In this document: piece after piece, positions 38,266 to 48,150 of the stretch
How positions within the stretch are numbered: position 1 is the first letter of the stretch
Layout: the number at the start of each line of letters is the position of its first letter
Assembly (NCBI GenBank): GCA_965228475.1
Contig: OZ245817.1
Coordinates: 1,088,001 to 1,152,000 of the forward strand
Length of the DNA stretch: 64,000 nt
Reading direction: 5' to 3'
From: Myxococcota bacterium
Lineage (GTDB): Bacteria; Myxococcota_A; UBA9160; JAFDDA01
Notes under the pieces: generated by a model
Told to the model about the DNA's origin: nothing
What the model saw: the letters and a program-made list of their open reading frames with translations, nothing else
The model's database searches: none
Translations under genes and position numbers: made by a program

Positions 38266-38337
38266 ACCCGTAGTGGCCAGTACGCCTCCGTGCGGGAGCT
38301 CGAGCCGGCTCTCTTCGACATCTCAGGGCGCGGATAG
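37855..38337 (+). CDS. radC: RadC-like JAB domain protein, copy 1
   Basis: REHF, VHPREVF, HNHPSGDPSPSPED. Confidence 0.92.
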   Translation: MASSDRESIHFIREVAVRYIGRSTRIEPAIRRPAEVVDFMRRVVRDDAREHFVALYLDGRHRPIAHQIVSVGTASSSLVHPREVFQPAILVGACATIVGHNHPSGDPSPSPEDREVTRRLAQAGALLGVPLLDSVVWTRSGQYASVRELEPALFDISGRG

Positions 38338-38403
38338 CCAGGCCTGAGCAAGGCCCAGGGTTGCCTCGCCGGCTCAAGTTCCCACCCTCGCCCGGCCCGC
38401 CTG

Positions 38404-41400
38404 CTAGGCGCCGCAGATGACGTCGAGTGGGCGCCCCACGGTGTCCATCAGGAAGGAATGCGCGGCCGAGAGGACGGCGACCTGGTCGGGGGTGTGATGC
38501 TCCTCCGAGACGCCAGGCTGCGCGACGACGATTTCGCCTCGGACCTCCTGGAAGCGGCTAAGGCGAAGCAGCCTGTTCAGGTCCTGGGCATCGCCCTTTA
38601 GGAACCTGGTCCCGCGACCGGCCAGGTTGTCCTTCTCCCGCTTCGAGAGATGGCGGCAGAGTGTTCGGAACTTCCAGAGCCAATGGGCAGACCTCACAGC
38701 CTGCGAGCAGACCTCCACGACGTCCTTCACGCGCTCACCAGAGGGGCTCTTCGTGAACTTGCAGTGAACGAGCGCAAGCCGGATGTGGTCTTCCTCAGCC
38801 TTCAGGCAGACCAGATCTGCCGCCTCACCGGCGTCGTCATCATCGAAGACGATGTCGAAGCCACCGTCGATAAAGTGCTGCGCAACGCGCTCCTGAATCG
38901 AGTTTTCGCGCCTCTGGCCGTTTTTCCAAAGGGATTCGGTCTTGACGTCAACGCCCGTCCAATCCCAGACCTCAAACCGTTCTGCCGGGAAGGTGAGCTC
39001 GGAGATGTCCTTGGGCCGAACGAGGAGGTGCCCATCGAGTTCACTCAGGTCGACGAACCTGACGAGCGGCGGATAGTCGGATAGGTAGTCAGCAAGAGGT
39101 CGGTCGGTGCGACCGAATGCGATGTTCGCTTGAGGACCGCCGACCTGGTGAACTTCGAATCCTGTCGGAACTCCGATTCGAAGCTCGAAGTCGGCCTGTC
39201 CTCCTGGGCCTTCAATGTGGAAGGCGACCGCGTTCTCCGCGCGACGGAGCTCATCGAACACGAGCTCAACGAACGCAAGCGGAGTCTCGCTAGCGGCAGT
39301 CCTGATAGCGACCCGTTCCTCGGGCTTGTTCAGGAGCTCAAGCGGCCACTCGAGGCTTAGAACCTCCGAGTCCGGGAGGTCGGCGACCTCCTCGGGAATC
39401 ATCACGTTGTCGATAATCTCGTTTGTATCGATGCTCTCGTCGACAAGCTTCGCGCCGACATGGGCGCACCAGTCGAGGAGCTCCGGAATCACGCCATTCT
39501 TCACCGACCAGACGCGTCCCTTGTAGGAGCAGCCGAGGTTGACCGGCTTTCCATCCTCGTAGCCGGTGGCGCTCAGATTCGACTTCGTGGCGCCAACGAG
39601 CTGTGCGTTGTCGAGCCCCTGCCTGACGTCGGCACCCATGTACTGGGCATGGCGGAGGTTTCGCCGTGCATGGCGACTCACTCCAAGGTTCGGAATCCGA
39701 AGACGCTTCACATTCGCAAGTGAGCGAAAGACAGCGTCGCCACTGATGAGCGTCGGCTCTTCGTCACAGACTGCGGCAGCGAGGTCTCGGTGGAGCGAGT
39801 TCTTGTCGCTTGAGTTGACGAAGAGAAGTCCGAGCTCAGGCTCGTAGTGGACGACGAAGAGGTCCCACTGACGGTCACGCACCTCCTTGGAGCGAGTCCA
39901 GGGCACCGCGGGCTCGGTTCGCGTGACGAAGTAGAGCGTGTTCGAGTCGTTGTGCAGCCACACGGAGTGCACTTCGGTGCCCTTCGCCACTGCGTCGACA
40001 AAGCGGCGGGGGTAGAATTTCGTCGCACGGTAGGCGACGGCGCTCAACTTTGGACGCAGCAGACTGCTTGAGAGCGACTGTAGAGGAACCTCGCTTTCCT
40101 CGTGAATGGCCTCGGACTCGTTCAGGAAATCGACGAGTGCTTTGTGCTCCTTTGCCGCTTGCGAGCTGAGCTCAGAGAGAAGGTGATTCCAGTCGGCGTC
40201 GTCGCTGTAGAGCTGCTCAAGGGCATCAGAGACCTCAACGTCGGCGATGTTCGCGATGACCGTAGCATCGCCGACGGTGTCTCCGGCGGTCCGAACGAAC
40301 CGCCCGGCGAACTGAAGCAGCACGGGAAGGCTCTGGTGCATATCGTGCACGGCAGCGACCTTGAGCTGGGGAAGGTCGAAGCCCTCCCCGAGCATGTCTA
40401 CGCTGACAACGATTCGGCTATCGCGCGAGAGGAGCTGCTTGAGTCGCTTCGGGGAGTCGGGCTCCTTGGAGTGCACAAGGATGGGCGAGTGCTTGGAAGA
40501 GATCGCCTTGTACAGGCCGTGGAGCTTCCGGGCTCTTTCGATGCTGCCGCACCTAGCCATCAGAACGTGGTCAAGCCCTTCGCCGAGGTCTGCGTCGAGC
40601 TGGGCAACCGCCTTCTCCGCGATGGCCTTGTCACCATCGTCTGAATCGACCTCGAACACCGGGTGAAAGTGGATGGGCTTGAAGTAGCCGGCCTTCTGCG
40701 CCTGGCGGAGGGTGTACTCGTACGCAACCTCGCCCTCGACAAGCTTTCGGTCTCGCCTAAAGGGAGTCGCTGTGAACTGAACGACGCGCACGTTGTCCGC
40801 GAAGGCGTCCCGGAAGGTCTGCCAGCCCGTTGCTGGAATGTGATGGGCCTCGTCGACGACGAGCATGTTGACCCGAGAGGCGATCTTGGAAGCGAGTGGG
40901 AGCGCTGTCCCGTAGGCGATGGCGTCCATCGTTCCGACAACCACGTTTGCATGGTCGAAGATGTCGAGGTCGGCTCCGGTCCGTGGACGCTTTTCGAGTA
41001 CACCGACGACCGGGTTGAGCACCGCCGGGTCGACCACACCAAGCTCTCTAAGGAGACCGAGCGTCTTGAACTTCCGAACTGTCTGATCCCGGAGCGCCCG
41101 GTTCGGGACGACTACCAGGACGGTTCCTCGAGCCTGGGCAACGAGAAGAGCAAGCGCCGCCTCGGTCTTGCCCGTGCCGGTCGGCATGACAACGGTGGCC
41201 GGGGAGAGTGTGGAGCTCCAGTGAGAGCCGAGACCGTGGAGAGCGCCAAGCTGCGGTGGTCGGAAACCTGTCGAAGCGGGGTCCGCAGGGGTTTCAGCGA
41301 TGTAGCGAATTCCAGCCTCCCAGGACTCAAGCGCGTCGCTGCGTTGCTCCTTCCAGCGCTTCGACGGTGGGTCCGTCTTGATCACTTCCTTGTGGGAGAG

Positions 41401-41667
41401 CCACTCGAGCTCTCCGTCTGGGAGCTTCCGCAAGACGCCGCGTGCGCCCTTCGGATGGGGGCACTTTCGCCGTTCGGTGACGACGAACGCCTCGTCGCCG
41501 TCGAGGGTTAGGAGGGGCTGCTCGATTCTCGACGAGACGAGCGTAACCTCGTTCTTGGAGATAGGTCGGTCTCGTTCCTCCTCAACGACGTACCACAGCT
41601 CACCGACTGCGTGGCGACGGCGCCACGCAAGCTCAGGCGTTCGGATGGACTTCGGGCCTGAGGCCAT
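38404..41667 (-). CDS. SF2 DEAD/DEAH helicase with C-terminal PD-(D/E)xK-like domain
   Basis: PTGTGKT, DEAHH, TATPFR, EGFDLP, QFAGRFVR; C-terminal DD.GEAADLV..LVHCK. Confidence 0.85.
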   Translation of the reverse strand: MASGPKSIRTPELAWRRRHAVGELWYVVEEERDRPISKNEVTLVSSRIEQPLLTLDGDEAFVVTERRKCPHPKGARGVLRKLPDGELEWLSHKEVIKTDPPSKRWKEQRSDALESWEAGIRYIAETPADPASTGFRPPQLGALHGLGSHWSSTLSPATVVMPTGTGKTEAALALLVAQARGTVLVVVPNRALRDQTVRKFKTLGLLRELGVVDPAVLNPVVGVLEKRPRTGADLDIFDHANVVVGTMDAIAYGTALPLASKIASRVNMLVVDEAHHIPATGWQTFRDAFADNVRVVQFTATPFRRDRKLVEGEVAYEYTLRQAQKAGYFKPIHFHPVFEVDSDDGDKAIAEKAVAQLDADLGEGLDHVLMARCGSIERARKLHGLYKAISSKHSPILVHSKEPDSPKRLKQLLSRDSRIVVSVDMLGEGFDLPQLKVAAVHDMHQSLPVLLQFAGRFVRTAGDTVGDATVIANIADVEVSDALEQLYSDDADWNHLLSELSSQAAKEHKALVDFLNESEAIHEESEVPLQSLSSSLLRPKLSAVAYRATKFYPRRFVDAVAKGTEVHSVWLHNDSNTLYFVTRTEPAVPWTRSKEVRDRQWDLFVVHYEPELGLLFVNSSDKNSLHRDLAAAVCDEEPTLISGDAVFRSLANVKRLRIPNLGVSRHARRNLRHAQYMGADVRQGLDNAQLVGATKSNLSATGYEDGKPVNLGCSYKGRVWSVKNGVIPELLDWCAHVGAKLVDESIDTNEIIDNVMIPEEVADLPDSEVLSLEWPLELLNKPEERVAIRTAASETPLAFVELVFDELRRAENAVAFHIEGPGGQADFELRIGVPTGFEVHQVGGPQANIAFGRTDRPLADYLSDYPPLVRFVDLSELDGHLLVRPKDISELTFPAERFEVWDWTGVDVKTESLWKNGQRRENSIQERVAQHFIDGGFDIVFDDDDAGEAADLVCLKAEEDHIRLALVHCKFTKSPSGERVKDVVEVCSQAVRSAHWLWKFRTLCRHLSKREKDNLAGRGTRFLKGDAQDLNRLLRLSRFQEVRGEIVVAQPGVSEEHHTPDQVAVLSAAHSFLMDTVGRPLDVICGA

Positions 41668-41939
41668 GCGCTCTCACCCCATCAGGGTTTTGTAAGCAAG
41701 AGCGCCCGGGCTGCAACCCCAGAACCGGGAGGAAGTGTCGCCGGCATGACTGGCATCGCGGGGGCGCGAGGAAGTGCGCGTGGCTTCGGGCCAGCGCCAA
41801 GCCTCTGAAAATCAATAGAAAACCGTGTGCCTGCTGGGGCTGAGGGCAAGAGCCCTTGCAGTTATCCCCCTTGCTCTGCTGCCAGACGGGGACGCGCCCA
41901 GGGCTGCTTATAGGATCGGCAGCCATCCCGTTCGGGCCG

Positions 41940-43514
41940 TCAGCCCCTCTCGCCTTGGGAGGGTGGATGTGTGCCATCCGGGCCGGGCGTTGGGGGGAAC
42001 GGCAACTTCCTGACGCGATGGCCCCGCTTGACCTTCTCCCAGTAGCCACGGGAAGGGGTTGGAATGCTCATGGCCTTGCAGCGCTTGCGCAGGCCGTTGT
42101 CGGAGATCCCGAATCGGGTGGCGAGAGCGGTCATTGGCTCAGACCAGACGAGCTCATAGAGCTCCTCCCGAGATAGCCACAGATCCCTCTCGCCGTCTCG
42201 TACTCGGGTATGTGTTGGCATCGGCCTGTGGCGCGGAGCCAGGCGCGCCCTCGCCATGGCCTTCACCTTGGCGGGAATACCCCGCCGGTCTACGAGCGCG
42301 GTGAGCAGGGGCCGGTCGATCCCGGCCCGCCGTGTCCATCCGCCATACCGGGCCGCCAGCTTCTCATGGGCGATGAGGTCCATGAAGGACTCGGGATCCA
42401 TGTTCTCAGGCTGGCGAAGGAGGCGAAAGAGACGCTGCGCGTCCCACTCGTCCAAGTCGAGCAGGAGGCGCCGCAGGCTTCTCTTCTCGTGCCGCTCCAA
42501 GACGCCGAGACGCCCGCCCAGGGCGAAGACCCCCTCCACCTCGGTCAGGCTCGCTATCCGGATCTTGAGACGCACCGAGAACGCAAGCCGATCGATGAAT
42601 CGGGCCGTGATGCGGGCCCATTCGGCAGGCGGGCGGATGGACACCAGCGCCCGTAGCGCTTGAAGGTCGCGGGCACAGCCGTACAAGGCCTCGATATCGT
42701 CCCGGTCGGGGTCGAAGCGGAACTTGGAGAGGTAGTCCGGCCGGTTCTGCAATACGGCTCGCTCCAGGGCCGTCATACCCTCCGCGTCCTCTTCCGGGTC
42801 CTCACTGATCTCGCCCACTCGGCGCCGCGGGTCGGCACCAGCCCACAGGCACAAGCTCACCGCCTTGTCGCTCTCCTCCCGTACCGCAGCGCCGAGACCC
42901 ACGTCGAGAGCGCGCTGGATAGGAGGATCGCTCTCGCGGTGGTTCTTGGCGTAGCCGTAGAGCGGGCGGTTTCGGGTGGCCGTTGCCAGTACGGCCGCCA
43001 TCGCATCCCCGGCCGTCAGGTCGACCCCGGCGTCCCGGAAGCGCTCGAAGACGGCGCGCTCGTAGGTGGCGAAGATCTTATCCAGTTCGGCGCTGGCCGG
43101 ATCTACACCCCACTCGAGCAGGAGATCGACTAGGTCCCACCGCCGGGAATCGAGCGCGTCGTCCAGGGGTACGTACGGTTCGACGTCCACCCGGTAGCCG
43201 TTGCAGAGTAGAAGCCGGGCCAGGTCGAAGTTGCCGGCGGCCAGCGCCTCTCTCAGCGGGGTGGTTGGGCGACCCCGGCGAGGACGCCTAGCCGGATCAA
43301 GCTGGAGCGGCTTGTGGCTCGCGATCCAGGACTCGACCTCGTAGAGACGTCCCGTCCTGCATAGCAGGACGAGTTCTGCGACTTCGCTCTCAACACAGGC
43401 TAAGGGACGGTCGGGACCCTTATAGGGCGGCCGGGGATCCGTGCGCGGATCAACCCACTTGGCGCTCGGCCAGTTCTCCGACGCGTCAAGCACGGCATCG
43501 GTTCGGATTCTCAT
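41940..43514 (-). CDS. Hypothetical protein with ankyrin-like repeats and C-terminal HTH
   Basis: TPLREALAAGNFDLARLLL, PLDDALD..LLLEWG; REELYELVWSEP..A..FGISD..LRK.C..PSRGYW. Confidence 0.6.
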   Translation of the reverse strand: MRIRTDAVLDASENWPSAKWVDPRTDPRPPYKGPDRPLACVESEVAELVLLCRTGRLYEVESWIASHKPLQLDPARRPRRGRPTTPLREALAAGNFDLARLLLCNGYRVDVEPYVPLDDALDSRRWDLVDLLLEWGVDPASAELDKIFATYERAVFERFRDAGVDLTAGDAMAAVLATATRNRPLYGYAKNHRESDPPIQRALDVGLGAAVREESDKAVSLCLWAGADPRRRVGEISEDPEEDAEGMTALERAVLQNRPDYLSKFRFDPDRDDIEALYGCARDLQALRALVSIRPPAEWARITARFIDRLAFSVRLKIRIASLTEVEGVFALGGRLGVLERHEKRSLRRLLLDLDEWDAQRLFRLLRQPENMDPESFMDLIAHEKLAARYGGWTRRAGIDRPLLTALVDRRGIPAKVKAMARARLAPRHRPMPTHTRVRDGERDLWLSREELYELVWSEPMTALATRFGISDNGLRKRCKAMSIPTPSRGYWEKVKRGHRVRKLPFPPTPGPDGTHPPSQGERG

Positions 43515-43522
43515 AAGGCTAT

Positions 43523-45550
43523 TCAGAAGAGGTTGGAGATCTCGGACACGATCTCCCCAACCTCCTCGTCGGTCAGACCCGACTCGCGATACACAAACCC
43601 GCCGCCCAGATGCTTGCAGAACTGAGAAGGGGTCGTCTTCTTAAACTCGCCAAAGACCATGCGGGTTCCGGCTAAGCTCACACAACACATGGCCCGTGCT
43701 CGGGTCACCGAGACGTAGAGAAGGCGAGCAGCCTCCCGCACCAACCCTGGATAGGGCTTGCGCTTCTCACCGGGAAGGATCGACTCCTCCAGACCCGGGA
43801 TGAAAACGACTTGTGCATTGAGCCCCTTGGCCCCATGCATCGTCATGACTTGGATCCGAGGGGGCAGCAGATGTTCCTCCGGCTGGGGCTCGGCCAGTCG
43901 TTCGTAGACCTTCTCGAGCACCCGGTTCTGCTGTGCTGAATTGTCCGCCCAAAGGAAGTCGCGCAGCTCGGCGAGATTCATCCGTTCGGGTAAATCCTTG
44001 GCGTACTCCTCCCACGCGTCAGCCCCGGCGGCGTTCCGCACCTCTGCGATCTGGGCCTTGATGTCTGCAGACCGCTGCGCCAGTTCGTCCGCGGGGTCCC
44101 AACCGTCAGCGAGTTGGCAGACCTGTTGGAGCTGGGACACTGCGGTTTTCATGCGGCCCGTCAGGACTCCCTCTGGAGCATCCTGATAGAAGAGATCTCG
44201 GAAGTTTAGATTGTTTGCCAAGACGGCGTCCGTGATCTTCTTGCATGTCCCGATACCCACACCTCGTTTAACTCCAAGAAGCACGCGGTGAGCCACGTAG
44301 TCATCGTGGTTGCACGCGATTCGGACAAGCGAGTGAATCGCGCGACCTACATCGGAGTCGATGAATCCCGAAGCCTTGGGCGGTTCGAACTCCAGCTTGG
44401 CGTCAGCGAGCGCGTCCGTGATGATCTTCTCCAGCTGTCGACGGTTGCTGAGAAGAATCATGATCTCCCGGGGATCCATGCCCGCGTCAACCAGCTTTCG
44501 GCAGGACGCGGCGATCTCCTGGGCCTCGGCTACGCCACTCTTGAACCGCCACCGATTCATCGTGCCATTCACGACGGGATCGGCCTCGGCGTACAAGGAC
44601 GCGAGTTCCTTCGGAATTCGCTCCTCAGGGGCGTAGGCTATGACGAGGGGAAGCGCTGCTTCGAGGATGTTCGGAGCACAGCGAAAACAGTCCTCCAATG
44701 CGTGCTCTGCGCAATCGGAATGCTTCTCGGGGAACTGCTGGATGCCCTCCGGTGATGCGAAACGGAAGGAATAGATGCTCTGGTCATCATCTCCCGTGAC
44801 GAAGGTGGTTACGCCGGCGGATACAAGCCTGTCGACGAGATCCAGGTCCATCGCGTTCAGATCCTGGAACTCATCCACGATCAGATGGCTTGTGCCCGCA
44901 AGCGCGAAAAGATCGATTGTCCCGGCTTTCGCTTCCTCCACGCAGCGACGGACAATCTCGCCCGGTAGAACACACGAGTAGCCTGCCGATCGCCCGTTGT
45001 GGAAGCTCTCGAACTGCTGACGCTCCGCGGCTGTGACCGCGGGATCAGGTGGGATGTAGTTTGGAGGACCCCAGTGACCTGTGCTCCAGAACGCCTCGTG
45101 ATGAGAACGGATCTCTCCGCATCTGGTCTTGTTCTTGCCGATATGCTCGCCGAACTCGGCATCGTAGATGTGCTCCACCTCCCAGACGTCCAATACGAGA
45201 GGCTCCGCCGGGTACTGGGCCAACAGGTCCGCCTTCCGAAGAATGCTGAGCGCAAGAGCATGAAGAGTCGAGACGCGTACGTCGTGGACAGGTGCGTGCT
45301 CGCATCCTTTCTTGGAGCAATAGTCCTGGATCCGCAGTGCGAGATCGCGGGCGGCCGCCTTGGTGAACGAGACAGCGATGATGGAGTCTGATCCGACTCC
45401 CGACTGCAGGAGGTGGTGAACGCGCTCGCCGATCGCGTGGGACTTCCCCGTCCCAGGGCCGGCCACCAGGCGGACACGCGGGGCACCGTCGTGTGCGGCG
45501 CCGTCCTGAACGGCCTTGGCCTTCTCGAGTTGCTCGGGGGTGATGGGCAG
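43523..45550 (-). CDS. UvrD/Rep-family SF1 helicase (start uncertain)
   Basis: AGPGTGKS, VDEFQD, GDDDQSIYSFR, TMHGAKGL, LYVSVTRAR; GAGG precedes a CTG at 45550. Confidence 0.88.
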   Translation of the reverse strand: MPITPEQLEKAKAVQDGAAHDGAPRVRLVAGPGTGKSHAIGERVHHLLQSGVGSDSIIAVSFTKAAARDLALRIQDYCSKKGCEHAPVHDVRVSTLHALALSILRKADLLAQYPAEPLVLDVWEVEHIYDAEFGEHIGKNKTRCGEIRSHHEAFWSTGHWGPPNYIPPDPAVTAAERQQFESFHNGRSAGYSCVLPGEIVRRCVEEAKAGTIDLFALAGTSHLIVDEFQDLNAMDLDLVDRLVSAGVTTFVTGDDDQSIYSFRFASPEGIQQFPEKHSDCAEHALEDCFRCAPNILEAALPLVIAYAPEERIPKELASLYAEADPVVNGTMNRWRFKSGVAEAQEIAASCRKLVDAGMDPREIMILLSNRRQLEKIITDALADAKLEFEPPKASGFIDSDVGRAIHSLVRIACNHDDYVAHRVLLGVKRGVGIGTCKKITDAVLANNLNFRDLFYQDAPEGVLTGRMKTAVSQLQQVCQLADGWDPADELAQRSADIKAQIAEVRNAAGADAWEEYAKDLPERMNLAELRDFLWADNSAQQNRVLEKVYERLAEPQPEEHLLPPRIQVMTMHGAKGLNAQVVFIPGLEESILPGEKRKPYPGLVREAARLLYVSVTRARAMCCVSLAGTRMVFGEFKKTTPSQFCKHLGGGFVYRESGLTDEEVGEIVSEISNLF

Positions 45551-45767
45551 GCGTAGACCTCGTCCGTCTCCACTCGCACCAAAAGGGTAGCCGCAACTCT
45601 TGGCATTCAAAGGGGCCGGCCGCAGCACTGCGGTGCAGTCACGCGATCTGCCGGCGGACGCCTTTCCTCCGAAGCGGGTGCTCGAGTCGGACGGCTAGGG
45701 CGCTGACCGCATGCTGGGAGCGTGCTCTAGCGGCGACACTGGCCGCCCCTGCGTGTCGTCGAGCCGA

Positions 45768-46367
45768 TCGGCCGGGCTCCGCCGCGGGCCTTCGGACACA
45801 GGCCCGCGCCCTAGCTCCGCGGACGCCGCTCGTTCACGGCCCTTGCCTCGACCCTTGCTCCGCTTCCGCCCTCCGGCCCGGCCCGTCGCGGCCGGCTCTC
45901 CAGCGATCGGTGAGAGAGCCGGCCCACAGCGGGCCCAAGAGGACACGGAGGGTCTCATGGCAAGCGTCGATCGCGAGAGCATCCACTTCATCCGCGAGGT
46001 CGCCGTCCGGTACATCGGCCGCTCGGCCCGCATCGAGCCCGCCATCCGGCGGCCCACGGAGGTCGTCGACTTCATGCGCCGCGTGGTGCGGGACGACGCG
46101 CGCGAGCACTTCGTGGCGCTCTACCTCGACGGCCGCCACCGGCCGATCGCGCACCAGGTGGTCTCCGTGGGGACCGCCTCGTCCTCGCTCGTGCACCCGC
46201 GCGAGGTCTTCCAGCCCGCCATCCTCGTGGGGGCCTGCGCCGCGATCGTCGGCCACAACCACCCCTCCGGTGATCCCTCCCCGAGCCCCGAGGACCGCGA
46301 GGTGACCCGCCGCCTGGCCCAGGCGGGAGCGCTCCTCGGCGTGCCGCTCCTCGACAGCGTAGTCTGG
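45768..46367 (+). repeat. About 600-bp direct repeat, copy 2 (leader copy C plus most of radC)
   Basis: Near-identical to 37666-38265. Confidence 0.9.
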
Positions 46368-46424
46368 GCGCGCGGCGGCATGCTTGTGTCCCTTCGAGAG
46401 CTCGAGCCATCACTACTCGCATAA
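45957..46424 (+). CDS. radC: RadC-like JAB domain protein, copy 2
   Basis: Same motifs as copy 1, different C-terminus. Confidence 0.92.
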   Translation: MASVDRESIHFIREVAVRYIGRSARIEPAIRRPTEVVDFMRRVVRDDAREHFVALYLDGRHRPIAHQVVSVGTASSSLVHPREVFQPAILVGACAAIVGHNHPSGDPSPSPEDREVTRRLAQAGALLGVPLLDSVVWARGGMLVSLRELEPSLLA

Positions 46425-46580
46425 GTCTCGACGGTCAGGCTCCGCTGCCGTCGAGAGCTCCCGCGACCATCGAGCTAGGAGTTGCTCAAGGCGCGCCGAG
46501 GATGTGAGAATCGACTCTAGTGCGACCTCAGTCGTCGGCCTACCCGCGAGCCCTTCGAGCGTTAGCCAGGAGATCAAAGC

Positions 46581-47741
46581 GTGCCGCCCCCTCCCCAGCC
46601 GCGTTCGGGTCGAATTCTGCGGATCAAGGATCGGCCTCTTGAATTCTCCTTCTGGCCCATGGAACGAACCACGCGTCGGTACGGACTCGGCACCAGGGTG
46701 TTCGCCTCGGACCCTTGGACTGTGATTCGACGGAGCATTGATCGGCGCGCTTCTGCCGCCACGCAGGATGCTGCTTTCGCATTGATGGAACAAGCCGAGG
46801 ACTTCTTTAGGGCGGCAGAATCGGGTGTCAAAGCGGCCAACCCATTGCTCCTCTACTACTGCTTCATGAACCTCGCCAAGGCATACATCCTCGCTACTCA
46901 GCAGCGTTCAGCGGTCGACTACGCGGCTCATGGGCTGAGCGAGAAGCTGGATCCTCCCGGCACGGAACTCTCCAACGCGTGGTTGGAAGCTAGGAGATCG
47001 GTAGCGCCTGGCCCGCTCCCAGCCGCCAGGATTCAGCTATTCGACGAATTCCAGGCAGCATTGACGGGGGCTCAGATTCCCACTCCAACCTTCCGGTATG
47101 ACCTCCCGACTCTGATCTCTCAGGTCGTGCCGGGTCACCGGCTCTGGGTGGCAGCTGAGGGCTCCAAGCGGAAGGAGCGGTTCGTCTCGCTGGACCGCAT
47201 CGAGTTCCGACAGGACACTGCGGCCAAGGAGATTTGGCTCTGCCTCTATCTGTTTGCTGACGACCTGAAGCGCATCAATCACGGTCATCAAGAACTCATC
47301 AACCATTCGCGGCTTGGCGGACTCGTTCATGAGGTTGCATGCAACGAGAAGAAGGACGACCGGTCGCTGATCTGCCTGGAACAGGACGCCGCCATCGCGT
47401 ATGGCCATCGGCCGGCCGATCAAGTGCAGACTTTGGTCAACTCCCTCAAGCACAAACTCTGGCGCACCGTGCTGATCGCACCTCCCTACAGGAAGTACTA
47501 CCTCTATCCAGCCCCACCTGTGGAACACCCGCAGGTAGTGCCTCAGATCATCTCCATCTATGCAGTAACCTTCTACCTGGGCTCCATCGTGCGCTACCGC
47601 CCCCACCATTTCGATCGTATTCTTGATGGTCCGTACGGCGCGTTCATAGAGGCATTCCTGAACGATCAACCGTCGCAGTTTGTGTACCTCATGGCGTCAG
47701 AGTTCGCGGAAAAGGAAGTGACGAAGGCCGCGATCGTCTGA
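46581..47741 (+). CDS. YaaC-like protein
   Basis: PLLLYYCFMNLAKA, HGL, FYLGSIVRYRP. Confidence 0.7.
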   Translation: MPPPPQPRSGRILRIKDRPLEFSFWPMERTTRRYGLGTRVFASDPWTVIRRSIDRRASAATQDAAFALMEQAEDFFRAAESGVKAANPLLLYYCFMNLAKAYILATQQRSAVDYAAHGLSEKLDPPGTELSNAWLEARRSVAPGPLPAARIQLFDEFQAALTGAQIPTPTFRYDLPTLISQVVPGHRLWVAAEGSKRKERFVSLDRIEFRQDTAAKEIWLCLYLFADDLKRINHGHQELINHSRLGGLVHEVACNEKKDDRSLICLEQDAAIAYGHRPADQVQTLVNSLKHKLWRTVLIAPPYRKYYLYPAPPVEHPQVVPQIISIYAVTFYLGSIVRYRPHHFDRILDGPYGAFIEAFLNDQPSQFVYLMASEFAEKEVTKAAIV

Positions 47742-47990
47742 TCGGTGGCTGCCTCTACGTCTGCTTCACGCGTGCGCGTGCCGTGATTCTCACGCGGTCA
47801 GACGACGGCTTCCGTCGTGCGGGCACGCAGAGCGCGTCATCTGGTCGCCAGAGGACGGTTCGCTTGCTCTACTACGCCACCGGCAACGTTTCCGTCACCA
47901 TGGTCGGGATCATCGGACCAGGGCCACACCTCCCCTAAGCCTTCGGCTGCCCTCCCTGCAAGCCCCCTTGCGGTGGCTCCGCGTCGTCCT

Positions 47991-48150
47991 TCGCCACAGC
48001 CGCGCGCCCTCCGCTGCGCTCCGGTCACGGGCCTTGTCTTTGCCTTGCGCTGCGCCTCACCGCGCGGGCGCTGCCCGCCTCGACCGGCTCTCCATGCCCG
48101 GTGAGAGAGCCGGCTCTCGGACGGGCCGGAGCAGCAAGGAGGGCAGCGAG
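47991..48150 (+). repeat. Conserved structured leader, copy D
   Basis: CGCGCCCT..CGCTCCGGTCACGGGCCTTG box; hairpin CCGGCTCTC/GAGAGCCGG at 48084-48113. Confidence 0.7.

Noticed and set aside
41751..41765. TGGCATCGCGGGGGC sigma-54-like site
   Set aside because: Lacks TT before GC and has no plus-strand gene downstream
43523..45550. Gabija GajB assignment
   Set aside because: No adjacent GajA/OLD nuclease
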